Below, piece by piece: positions 31,316 to 39,138 of a stretch of DNA of 64,000 bases. Source of the stretch: Pyrinomonadaceae bacterium (GTDB taxonomy: Bacteria > Acidobacteriota > Blastocatellia > Pyrinomonadales > Pyrinomonadaceae); the NCBI GenBank assembly GCA_044228425.1, contig JBGAUY010000007.1:2126-66125 (forward strand), written 5' to 3'. Below the pieces are notes generated by a model that worked only from the letters and a program-made list of their open reading frames with translations, had not been told where the DNA came from and ran no database searches. Made by a program: the position numbers and the translations under genes. The stretch's first letter is position 1; every line of letters starts with the position of its first letter.

Positions 31316-31346
31316 GGCGGTCCAACGAGACCGCCTTTTTGATTTT
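31316..31346 (+). promoter_or_regulatory. Terminator-like hairpin abutting the purH start codon (candidate attenuator, riboswitch expression platform or small-RNA 3' end)
   Basis: GGCGGTC-caacga-GACCGCC is followed by TTTTTGATTTT and then directly by the purH ATG. No gene lies upstream on the plus strand. Confidence 0.45.
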
Positions 31347-33002
31347 ATGAGCGAACTGCGAAAGATAAAACGGGCGCTATTGAGCGTATCGGACAAAGCG
31401 GGTTTGGTCGAATTTGCTAAGGCACTGGCGAACCACGGGGTTGAGATCATCTCGACCGGCGGCACTGCCAAGGCTCTGCGTGACGCAGGACTGACCGTTT
31501 TGGACGTGTCCGAGGTGACCGGATTTCCCGAAATGATGGACGGCCGCGTCAAGACGCTGCACCCGAAAATGCACGGTGCATTTCTCGCTCTTCGCGACAA
31601 TGCCGAACACGTCGCGTCGATGACCGAGCACGGTATTACGCCGATCGACATGGTCGTCGTCAATCTATATCCGTTTGAGGAGACTGTTGCCAAGGACGGC
31701 GTTTCGCTTGAGGACGCTGTCGAAAATATCGACATCGGCGGCCCGGCGATGATCCGCTCAGCATCAAAAAATTGGCGGGATGTTGCCGTAGTAACCGAGC
31801 CCGGCCACTATGGTGAGATATTGGCAGAGCTAACCGTCCATGAGGGTTCGCTGTCGCTTGAAACCAGGGCAAAACTCGCCGCCTTGGCTTACTCGCGAAC
31901 CGCCGCCTACGATACGGCAATTAGTTCATTTCTGAATCAGCGTATTGACTGGGCCGTCCCAACGCTCGATGCAAAAGATCTTGAGGCAAGCGGGGTCGAG
32001 ATCACACGAACCGTCGAGTATGGAACGGTCACCTTTGAAACGCCGTATTTTTCAAACAATCTTGGCTTAGACCTCGAGAAAGTCGCCGACCTCAGATACG
32101 GCGAGAATCCGCACCAGAAAGCGGCCCTGTATATTAATAGCCAAGGGGCAGGCGTTGCCAATGCAAAACAGCTTCACGGCAAGGAAATGTCATTTAATAA
32201 TTACGTTGATGCGGAAGCTGCGTGGGCGTTGGTGAATGATTTTGATGAGTTAGCGGTCGCTATAATAAAGCATACTAACCCTTCAGGAGTCGGGACGGGC
32301 AGAAGTAATCTTGAAGCTTATAAAAGAGCCCTAGCGACCGATCCGGTCTCGGCATTTGGCGGGATCGTGGCTTTCAATCAAATCGTTGACGCTGAAACTG
32401 CTTTAGCTGTTATTGAGGTCTTTTCCGAAGTGATAGTGGCTCCTGACTACACCGAAGATGCTATCGAGATATTTCGCTCAAAGAAAAATCTGCGTGTACT
32501 GACGGTAAGAAATCCCGTGCTCCCTGCTGATGGGCGAAACATTGAATTCAAGCAATTGACCGGCGGTTTCCTTGTTCAGGACGCTGACACGCATCGCCTC
32601 GCCATCGACGATCTGAATATCGTCACCGAACGTCAGCCGACCGACGACGAACTTTCCGCAATGCAGCTCGCCTGGACTGTCTGCAAGCACGTCAAATCAA
32701 ACGCCATCGTCTTTGCCAACGGGCATCAAACGCTCGGCGTCGGTGCCGGACAGATGAATCGCGTCGATTCTGTCCGCATCGCGGCAATGCGTGCCGAACG
32801 GTTTGATCTGCCGCTGAAAGGCTCGGTTCTCGCGTCAGATGCTTTTTTTCCTTTTCGCGATAACGTTGACGAAGCCGCGAGCTTTGGCGTCGCGGCCATC
32901 ATCCAGCCCGGCGGCTCGATCAAAGATGACGAATCGATCGTCGCCGCAAACGAGCACAACATCGCAATGGCGTTTACCGGCATCCGCCATTTCAAGCACT
33001 AG
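31347..33002 (+). CDS. purH: Bifunctional AICAR formyltransferase / IMP cyclohydrolase PurH
   Basis: RALLSVSDKAGLVEFAK, GGRVKTLHPK, RYGENPHQ and GGSIKDDE are present. Confidence 0.97.
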   Translation: MSELRKIKRALLSVSDKAGLVEFAKALANHGVEIISTGGTAKALRDAGLTVLDVSEVTGFPEMMDGRVKTLHPKMHGAFLALRDNAEHVASMTEHGITPIDMVVVNLYPFEETVAKDGVSLEDAVENIDIGGPAMIRSASKNWRDVAVVTEPGHYGEILAELTVHEGSLSLETRAKLAALAYSRTAAYDTAISSFLNQRIDWAVPTLDAKDLEASGVEITRTVEYGTVTFETPYFSNNLGLDLEKVADLRYGENPHQKAALYINSQGAGVANAKQLHGKEMSFNNYVDAEAAWALVNDFDELAVAIIKHTNPSGVGTGRSNLEAYKRALATDPVSAFGGIVAFNQIVDAETALAVIEVFSEVIVAPDYTEDAIEIFRSKKNLRVLTVRNPVLPADGRNIEFKQLTGGFLVQDADTHRLAIDDLNIVTERQPTDDELSAMQLAWTVCKHVKSNAIVFANGHQTLGVGAGQMNRVDSVRIAAMRAERFDLPLKGSVLASDAFFPFRDNVDEAASFGVAAIIQPGGSIKDDESIVAANEHNIAMAFTGIRHFKH

Positions 33003-33018
33003 GTATCGCACTTTTTTC

Positions 33019-33047
33019 TTGACAACATCTGGTAGTAGTGTTAAAAC
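33019..33047 (+). promoter_or_regulatory. Possible sigma-70 promoter for the lipoprotein gene
   Basis: TTGACA-N17-TAAAAC has a perfect -35 but a weak -10. Confidence 0.3.
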
Positions 33048-33153
33048 TATACCCAATTAGGACGACTGAAGGAGCGCTCGAAAGGTTTTATCTTACTGAA
33101 GAAACCCTAGGGCTTTTGTGCTTTTAATTCAATAAATTTCTAGGAGAAATACA

Positions 33154-34203
33154 ATGAAAAGACTTATTTCAGTTACATTACTTGCTGCTGCGTCGCTGTG
33201 GATATCGGCGTGCGGTGGCCCGGCTGCAAACAATGCACCGGCAAACAATTCAAACGCCAATACGGCTAAAACGACCGCCGCGGCACCGACCGTCGACGCG
33301 CTGCTCGCAATGGAAAAAGCGGCAAATGAGGCTTGGATCAAAGGTGACACCAAGCATTTCGAAGGCATGCTCGATGATAAATTTGTTTCATACGAGGGCG
33401 GAACCCGCATGACAAAAGCCGAGATGATCAAAATGCTTGGTAGCGCTAAATGCGAGGTCAAAGAGGGCTGGAAGCTCGAGGAACCGCAGTTGGCAAAGAT
33501 CAATGACGACACTTATGCCATGACTTATAAGACCACAATGGACGGCAACTGCACGATGGACGGAAAATCGATGAAGATGCCGAGCCCGACGCGTGCATCA
33601 TCCGTCTGGATCCGTAGCGGCGATACTTGGAAAGGCGTTTTCCACGCCGAAACCCCGATCATCGATCCCAAAGCCGCTCCGGCCGCACCTACAGCACCGC
33701 CTGCAAAGGCAGAGCCTAAGAAAGACGAGCCTAAAAAAGAAGAGCCTAAAAAAGATGACAAGGCAGTAGCTAATTCAAATTCAGCCGCTCCTGCAGCACC
33801 GGCAAAACCGACGCCTTCGACAAACACCGAAGCTCTGACCAAAGCTCACAACGCGGGTTGGGAAGCATTTAAGGCAAGAGATGCCAAGTATTTCGAAGCA
33901 AACCTCGCGTCGGGCTTTGCATTTGTAGATCCTATCGGCGGCTATCACGGTTCAAAAGCGGACGCCATCAAAACATGGACCGAGACGATGAAATGCGAAG
34001 GCATTACCAAAGTCGCGTTCACCGATACCTTTTCGACCGCCATCTCGCCGACGGTTGAGTTGCTAACCGGCAAAGGAACGGCAGACGGCAAATGTGACGG
34101 CCAGCCAAACGGCCCACTTTTCCAAACCGCGATCTATGTAAAAGAAGGCGAAGCGTGGAAACTCGCATTTATGTTCGAAGCAATGCCAATGCCCGGAGCA
34201 TAA
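33154..34203 (+). CDS. Lipoprotein with two NTF2-like (DUF4440/SnoaL-like) domains joined by a PAPA/KKDEPKKEEPKK linker
   Basis: A lipobox (ISAC) is present. The two repeats begin ALLAMEKAANEAWIKGD.. and ALTKAHNAGWEAFKARD.., and each carries a KCE...G.CDG cysteine pair. Confidence 0.8.
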   Translation: MKRLISVTLLAAASLWISACGGPAANNAPANNSNANTAKTTAAAPTVDALLAMEKAANEAWIKGDTKHFEGMLDDKFVSYEGGTRMTKAEMIKMLGSAKCEVKEGWKLEEPQLAKINDDTYAMTYKTTMDGNCTMDGKSMKMPSPTRASSVWIRSGDTWKGVFHAETPIIDPKAAPAAPTAPPAKAEPKKDEPKKEEPKKDDKAVANSNSAAPAAPAKPTPSTNTEALTKAHNAGWEAFKARDAKYFEANLASGFAFVDPIGGYHGSKADAIKTWTETMKCEGITKVAFTDTFSTAISPTVELLTGKGTADGKCDGQPNGPLFQTAIYVKEGEAWKLAFMFEAMPMPGA

Positions 34204-34228
34204 ACGCCACACCGCGTTAAAATAACTA

Positions 34229-34266
34229 AAGCCGCGATCTATTAACGTAGGTCGCGGCTTTTTTTC
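34229..34266 (+). terminator. Intrinsic terminator
   Basis: AGCCGCGA-(14 nt loop)-TCGCGGCT is followed by TTTTTTT. Confidence 0.75.
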
Positions 34267-34416
34267 GCGCCGGGCTAGGAAAATTTACGTTCGGGTGTAT
34301 ATTGGACTTGTTTCCCAATAGATATATCGGAAGACGAATGCGTCGAACGGCCGCAGTTTGTAATTGCCCTCGGACGTTTTTGTCACATTTTAGCTGGTAA
34401 GAACAGGAGAAAAATT

Positions 34417-35376
34417 ATGAAACGCTTCAGTATATTAGCAATAACGTTAGCCATAGCGGCACTGCTCGCGGCATGCGGAGCACCGGCAGCCAACAACACG
34501 CCGGCAGCAAATAACGCAAACGCCACGAACTCAAATACCAACACAGCCAAACCGGTCGCTGCCGCACCGACCAAGGACGCCCTGATGACGCTCGAAAAGG
34601 CCGGATGGGAAGCCTGGAAGAATCGTGACACCAAGTGGTCCGAGGAAAATTATTCGTCCAAGGGCATCGGGTTTGGTAAAGAGGGCCGCCTGGACAAGGC
34701 CGCGATGATCAAATCTATGGCGGCGGCAAAGTGCGATATCAAGAGCTTCACACTGTCGGATGACAATATGCGTATGATCGGTCCCGACGTCGCTGTCCTG
34801 ACGTTCAAGGGAACACAAGACGGCACTTGTGACGGTAAAAAGGTACCGGCCAATGTGTGGGCGTCGAGCGTTTACATCCGCGAAGGCGACAAATGGAAAG
34901 CCCTGCTCTACATGGAAAATGCCGTTGTCGACCCGAAAGCCAAGCCCGCCGCCCCGGCAGCGGCTCCTGCGGCTAAAAAGGACGAGGCGAAACCTGCCGA
35001 CGCCAAGCCTGACGCTTTGACCGATGCCCTGATGGCGGTCGAAAAGGCCGGCTGGGACGCTTGGGTCGCACGAGATGCCAAAGCAGTCGAGTCTGTGATG
35101 GGTAAGGATTTCCAGTATGCATCGGGTAAGGGCGTGCTCGATCGTGCAGCCGCGATCAAAAACTGGGCCGAGCCTAAATGCGAGGGCCTCGCCTACACGT
35201 TCCACGAACCGGCGTCCATCTCGCTCTCGGCGGATGTCGCCCTCGTCACCTACCACGCCTCCACCAAAGGCAAATGCGACGGCGTCGCGATGCCCGCAGG
35301 TTTCTGGGTAGCATCATTCAGCCAAAAAGAAGGCGATGCCTGGAAGAATGCATTCTACACGGACATCCCGGGATAA
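34417..35376 (+). CDS. Paralogous lipoprotein with two NTF2-like (DUF4440/SnoaL-like) domains
   Basis: A lipobox (LAAC) is present. The architecture matches the gene at 33154: ALMTLEKAGWEAWKNRD.. and ALMAVEKAGWDAWVARD.., with KC...G.CDG pairs. Confidence 0.8.
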   Translation: MKRFSILAITLAIAALLAACGAPAANNTPAANNANATNSNTNTAKPVAAAPTKDALMTLEKAGWEAWKNRDTKWSEENYSSKGIGFGKEGRLDKAAMIKSMAAAKCDIKSFTLSDDNMRMIGPDVAVLTFKGTQDGTCDGKKVPANVWASSVYIREGDKWKALLYMENAVVDPKAKPAAPAAAPAAKKDEAKPADAKPDALTDALMAVEKAGWDAWVARDAKAVESVMGKDFQYASGKGVLDRAAAIKNWAEPKCEGLAYTFHEPASISLSADVALVTYHASTKGKCDGVAMPAGFWVASFSQKEGDAWKNAFYTDIPG

Positions 35377-35398
35377 ATGCCGGATCAACGCGTCCAAA

Positions 35399-35434
35399 CC
35401 AAAAAGGCTGGGGCAATTGCTCCGGCCTTTTTTA
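35399..35434. terminator. Bidirectional intrinsic terminator shared by the lipoprotein gene and comEC
   Basis: AAAAAA-GGCTGGGGC-aatt-GCTCCGGCC-TTTTTT overlaps the comEC stop codon. Confidence 0.7.
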
Positions 35435-38128
35435 TGGTATGAAAGTGCGAATTTGCAGATCGCGTCCATCTGTTGAAACTGAGATCATTCCCCGCTCGCC
35501 GGTCGTCATTACATTCGCACCGGCAGCTTTCCAACGCTCGACGACCTCCGGATGCGGATGGCCGAACGGCGATGTGCGGCCAACCGAGATGATGGCATCT
35601 TTGGCTTTGACCGCATCGACAAGTCCCTGCGTCGAAGATGTCCGGCTGCCGTGATGCGGCACTTTTACTAGATCGGCATTGAGTGGAACGCTACTATTGA
35701 AGATTTCCAACTCGGCCTGACGCTCGATATCGCCGGTGAGCAGAAATGTGCGATCGCCGTAAGTTATCCGCAAAACGATCGAATGGTTGTTGTCCCAAAC
35801 AGCGTTCGGATCGTTAGAGGCAGGCGGATGAACCACCTCGATCGTCACGTCACTAAAATTCAGCTGATCTCCGCGAGCGACGATCTCGACGGACACGCGT
35901 CGGCGTTTTAATATTTCGGAGAGATCGATGAGATCGGGATCGTCAGTTGTCGTTCGGGCAAACAGTGCAGTGCCGATCCTAAAATTTTTAGCAACATCCG
36001 TCAGCCCTTGTATGTGATCGGCGTCAGCGTGGGTTGCGAGAATAGCGTCGATGCTTGAATAGCCTTTTGCCCACAGGACCTCGGACACGACCGACTCACC
36101 AACACCGCGAGTGTCGGGTTCAAACGGCTCGGCTTCGTCGTCTTTCTTGCGGTAATCAAACCGTCCGCCGCCATCGACAAGCAGCGTTTTGCCGTCGGGA
36201 AATGTTATCAACGCCGCGTCACCCTGCCCTACATCCAGAAAATCAATATGCAGCCGCCCGTCGGGCCGCGCGACGCTAAACGGGTGAAAGACAATGATCG
36301 CGGTCAGAATTACTATCGCCCCGACAACCGGATAAAGAAAACGGCGACTGAACAACAGCGAGGTTGTTTTTAACTCGAATGGTTTCCACCGAATAACCGC
36401 AAACGCCAGCAGTATCAATGGCACAAAATAGATGCCGTAAAAGATGCGCCCAGCCCCGGTATACGCCGGCAACCGAAAACTTGCCCAACCCATCATCGCA
36501 AACAGCCTCGGCACAGACATCATCATCCAATTCATCGCTTCTGCGACAGCAAAGAACGGTGCCCCAAGCAGCGTTGAAATATGCCCGATCAATGCACCGG
36601 TAACAGCCGCAAAACTCTCAAATGCGATAAATACGCTGACCCACAAATTGAGCAAAATGGATGCGACCGATACTCGGTGAAAATAGGTCACCGAGAGCGG
36701 CAGCATACAGATCTGGACGAGCAGCGATACGAGTAACCCCTCAAAAACATACCGAAATACCTTTCGGATCGTGTCACCGACACGTCCGGCGAAATACGGC
36801 GATTTGAAAATATTGGCGGACCATATCTGCCGTTTTGATTCAACGCTCCATCGTTGACCATTCCAATATATCGTCTCGCAAACTCGCCTAAGCCAGTTCG
36901 GAACATTTGGCGGAAAAGGCGTTGTAGCACTCGGCGACCAACTGCCAATGCCGCGTAGATGTTCGATCAATGGATACGCGATAGCAACGATCGCGGCGAC
37001 GCTCACAAATGTAAGCTGAAATGATGGATCGAATAATTCCGACGGCCGCCATGCAAGCAATATCAGCCCGCAAAGCCCGAACGAATTTAGCAGAGTGCCG
37101 CGTCGGTAAATGGCGTAACCAAACAGCAAAACCGTAAACATTATCGCCGCCCTTACGACCGGCACATCAGCACCGACCGCGAGCGTGTACCCCCACAGAA
37201 TGGCTGTCGTAATTCCAAATTGTGACCAGCGGTTACGAGTAAACCAACGCAGAAACACTAGCAACAGCCCGCCAATAAATGTAATATGCAGCCCCGAAAT
37301 GACCAGAATATGAAACGTCCCGCCATCGCGGAAAAGATCTGCGGTGTCTTTGTCGAGAAAATATTTATCGCCGAGCAGGCTTGCGATCATCACGCCCGCA
37401 GCGGGTTTGCTTAGGCCGTTTCTAAGATCATCGATCAATGCCGAACGTTGGTCATAAACCCACGCTAGCGGCAGAAATACGCTCTCGTCAGCAGTGTGCT
37501 CGACCAGCAAACTGCTTTTTAGCGAACACGTCGCGTCGATGCCGAGACGGTCAAGCATCTCGCGTTTTGGCAGAACACCGGGGTTGAGGTATTCGTCTTC
37601 GCGTTCTAAATTGCACGCCGCGCGGATACGCGAGCCGTATTTCAAATTTGATATTTCAGATTTGAAATTTGAAATTTCAGATTCCGGCTGCGGCATAAAT
37701 ATCCGTACACTTCCCGAAACGATGCGATCGTTGCCGCGATATCGGATCGCTTTGGATTTGAGTGTCAGGAATGAACCATCAGCAGAGGGCTCTGGGCGGC
37801 CGAGCAAGACGCCTTCGATCTCGACGGGTGAACCGGAGCGGATCGTGCCGGTGTCGTAGAGCGTCTTTAGCCGCGATTCGGTGTTTTGTTTCACCTCACA
37901 CTGAAACAAAACAGCTCCGGTGGAAACAAAGGCAAGGGAAATGAAAATGGTGGCAATGGCTTTTGTGCGAAATGCAAAAGCGAGGGTCAGGAACGCTGCG
38001 GCGGCTATCAACACACCAACAAAATTGACCGCAATGAATTTTGCAAACAAAATACCGACCGCAAAACAGACGGCGAGCCAGAGCAAAGGGTGGCGGTTAA
38101 ATGATGGTCGGGGTGCGGCGCTTTCCAT
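35432..38128 (-). CDS. comEC: DNA internalisation competence protein ComEC/Rec2 (OB/DUF4131, competence channel and metallo-beta-lactamase domains)
   Basis: The 898 aa ORF is polytopic (GTFHILVISGLHITF) and has a C-terminal MBL motif (ILATHADADHIQGL ... VPHHGS). Confidence 0.92.
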   Translation of the reverse strand: MESAAPRPSFNRHPLLWLAVCFAVGILFAKFIAVNFVGVLIAAAAFLTLAFAFRTKAIATIFISLAFVSTGAVLFQCEVKQNTESRLKTLYDTGTIRSGSPVEIEGVLLGRPEPSADGSFLTLKSKAIRYRGNDRIVSGSVRIFMPQPESEISNFKSEISNLKYGSRIRAACNLEREDEYLNPGVLPKREMLDRLGIDATCSLKSSLLVEHTADESVFLPLAWVYDQRSALIDDLRNGLSKPAAGVMIASLLGDKYFLDKDTADLFRDGGTFHILVISGLHITFIGGLLLVFLRWFTRNRWSQFGITTAILWGYTLAVGADVPVVRAAIMFTVLLFGYAIYRRGTLLNSFGLCGLILLAWRPSELFDPSFQLTFVSVAAIVAIAYPLIEHLRGIGSWSPSATTPFPPNVPNWLRRVCETIYWNGQRWSVESKRQIWSANIFKSPYFAGRVGDTIRKVFRYVFEGLLVSLLVQICMLPLSVTYFHRVSVASILLNLWVSVFIAFESFAAVTGALIGHISTLLGAPFFAVAEAMNWMMMSVPRLFAMMGWASFRLPAYTGAGRIFYGIYFVPLILLAFAVIRWKPFELKTTSLLFSRRFLYPVVGAIVILTAIIVFHPFSVARPDGRLHIDFLDVGQGDAALITFPDGKTLLVDGGGRFDYRKKDDEAEPFEPDTRGVGESVVSEVLWAKGYSSIDAILATHADADHIQGLTDVAKNFRIGTALFARTTTDDPDLIDLSEILKRRRVSVEIVARGDQLNFSDVTIEVVHPPASNDPNAVWDNNHSIVLRITYGDRTFLLTGDIERQAELEIFNSSVPLNADLVKVPHHGSRTSSTQGLVDAVKAKDAIISVGRTSPFGHPHPEVVERWKAAGANVMTTGERGMISVSTDGRDLQIRTFIP
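37638..37682. repeat. Heptamer tandem tract (ATTTSAN x6) inside the comEC coding sequence
   Basis: ATTTCAA ATTTGAT ATTTCAG ATTTGAA ATTTGAA ATTTCAG ATT is read on the minus strand as SEISNFK-SEISNLK, which is a 21-nt tandem duplication. Confidence 0.85.
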
Positions 38129-38137
38129 CGGCGGGCG

Positions 38138-38434
38138 TTAGTCGGCGCGTAAAATGGGGGATAGCTCGGCAAAGCGTGTTTCGCTGACTCCGCGAATGAG
38201 CATCAGGTGTTCGACACGGCGAAACGGGCCGTTTGCATTGCGAAATGCGACGATCGCCTCAGCGGTCTTACGTCCGATGTTCGGCAAGCGTTCGAGATCA
38301 TCGACGGTTGCGGTGTTGATGTTTATTGCGGTCGCGGGAGCTTGGGCGATGGGGCGTTCGTATTCGATCCGCGAGGAGCAAGACGTCATAAACGCCAATA
38401 CAATAAACAATAAAACAAACCTATTCAGTCTCAT
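38138..38434 (-). CDS. comEA: ComEA-like helix-hairpin-helix DNA-binding lipoprotein
   Basis: The start is at MRLNRFVLLFIVLAFMTSC (lipobox). ININTATVDDLERLPNIGRKTAEAIVAFRNANGPF is the HhH motif. The longer ORF-track start runs into the transposon flank. Confidence 0.85.
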   Translation of the reverse strand: MRLNRFVLLFIVLAFMTSCSSRIEYERPIAQAPATAININTATVDDLERLPNIGRKTAEAIVAFRNANGPFRRVEHLMLIRGVSETRFAELSPILRAD

Positions 38435-38441
38435 ACGGTTT

Positions 38442-39089
38442 GTGCCGCAGGCACCACGGAAATTAGCCCGATGCGGAGCGTCGGGTTTCGATGCGAAGCG
38501 TCGGGTCACAACGCCCCACAACATCCTCGCACCGCAGGTGCGACGAGTCATTTTCACAAATATTTCTCATCATACTCGACACCCGCCGCGTTAAGCATCT
38601 CAACATATTCATCTTTCGCTGATTTAACATTGTGATGTTCCATCTGATTTACGATGTATTTTTTAACCCGTGGAATTTGCGACGGACTGACGGTAATTGC
38701 TCCATAGCCACCTTGCCACCCAAACATTCGATGCCCGATCTCGTTGTGCACCCATTTCGAAGACGCCACCTTGATATCTTTAACAACATCCGCAATGCAA
38801 TGTGTAGCCCGAAAACCCGCGAGAATATGTACATGGTCGTACGTACCACCAACCGCCTCGGGGACGCAGCCTGCGGTCTTCAAACAGCCGCCTAGAAATG
38901 CATGCAGATTATTACGCCACTCTTCTTTAATGCTTTTTCGGTTATCCAAGGTATGGAAAATAAGATGGACGTGAAGGCTGAGATGTGTTTGAGCCATATA
39001 TTTCGTCACACCTGCGGCGTGAGGTTGTATTTGGTTTCGGGTTTCCCGACGCTAACGCATCGGGCTAATTTACATTGTGCCTGCGGCAC
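38442..39089 (-). mobile_element. IS200-like / RAYT-type element: Y1 HUH transposase bracketed by about 85-105 bp inverted repeats made of REP-like hairpins
   Basis: The left flank begins GTGCCGCAGGCACcacggAAATTAGCCCGATGCGgaGCGTCGGG and ends ..GCACCGCAGGTGC. The reverse complement of the right flank begins GTGCCGCAGGCACaatgtAAATTAGCCCGATGCGttaGCGTCGGG and ends ..CACGCCGCAGGTGTG. Confidence 0.8.
38554..38997 (-). CDS. tnpA: IS200/IS605-family Y1 (HUH) transposase, REP-associated tyrosine transposase-like
   Basis: The HUH motif is DHVHIL, alongside FGWQGGYGAITVS. The catalytic Tyr context is KKYIVNQMEHH. The ATG at 38997 is preferred over the GTG at 39009. Confidence 0.9.
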   Translation of the reverse strand: MAQTHLSLHVHLIFHTLDNRKSIKEEWRNNLHAFLGGCLKTAGCVPEAVGGTYDHVHILAGFRATHCIADVVKDIKVASSKWVHNEIGHRMFGWQGGYGAITVSPSQIPRVKKYIVNQMEHHNVKSAKDEYVEMLNAAGVEYDEKYL

Positions 39090-39096
39090 TGGGAGC

Positions 39097-39138
39097 AATT
39101 CGTAATTCCTAATTCGTAATTCTTAATTCGCTATTCAT
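39097..39138. repeat. Heptamer tandem repeat AATTCNT x6
   Basis: AATTCGT AATTCCT AATTCGT AATTCTT AATTCGC TATTCAT lies between the RAYT flank and ftsK and overlaps the ftsK stop codon. Confidence 0.8.

Noticed and set aside
31177-31346. ZTP (pfl) riboswitch upstream of purH
   Set aside because: Only fragmentary matches to the two conserved blocks are present, and I cannot build the P1/P2 and pseudoknot architecture by eye. I report the region as an orphan terminator or leader, not as a called riboswitch.
31199-31735. The 178 aa minus-strand ORF
   Set aside because: It lies antisense to the strongly supported purH N terminus and has Ser/Arg/Ala-rich composition typical of shadow ORFs.
34531-35256. 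The 241 aa minus-strand ORF. The same reasoning applies to 9521-10222, 39701-40465, 40623-41171, 1668-2075 and other long antisense ORFs.
   Set aside because: All lie antisense to genes with clear family motifs. They are Arg/Gly-rich shadow frames with no start context or recognisable motif.
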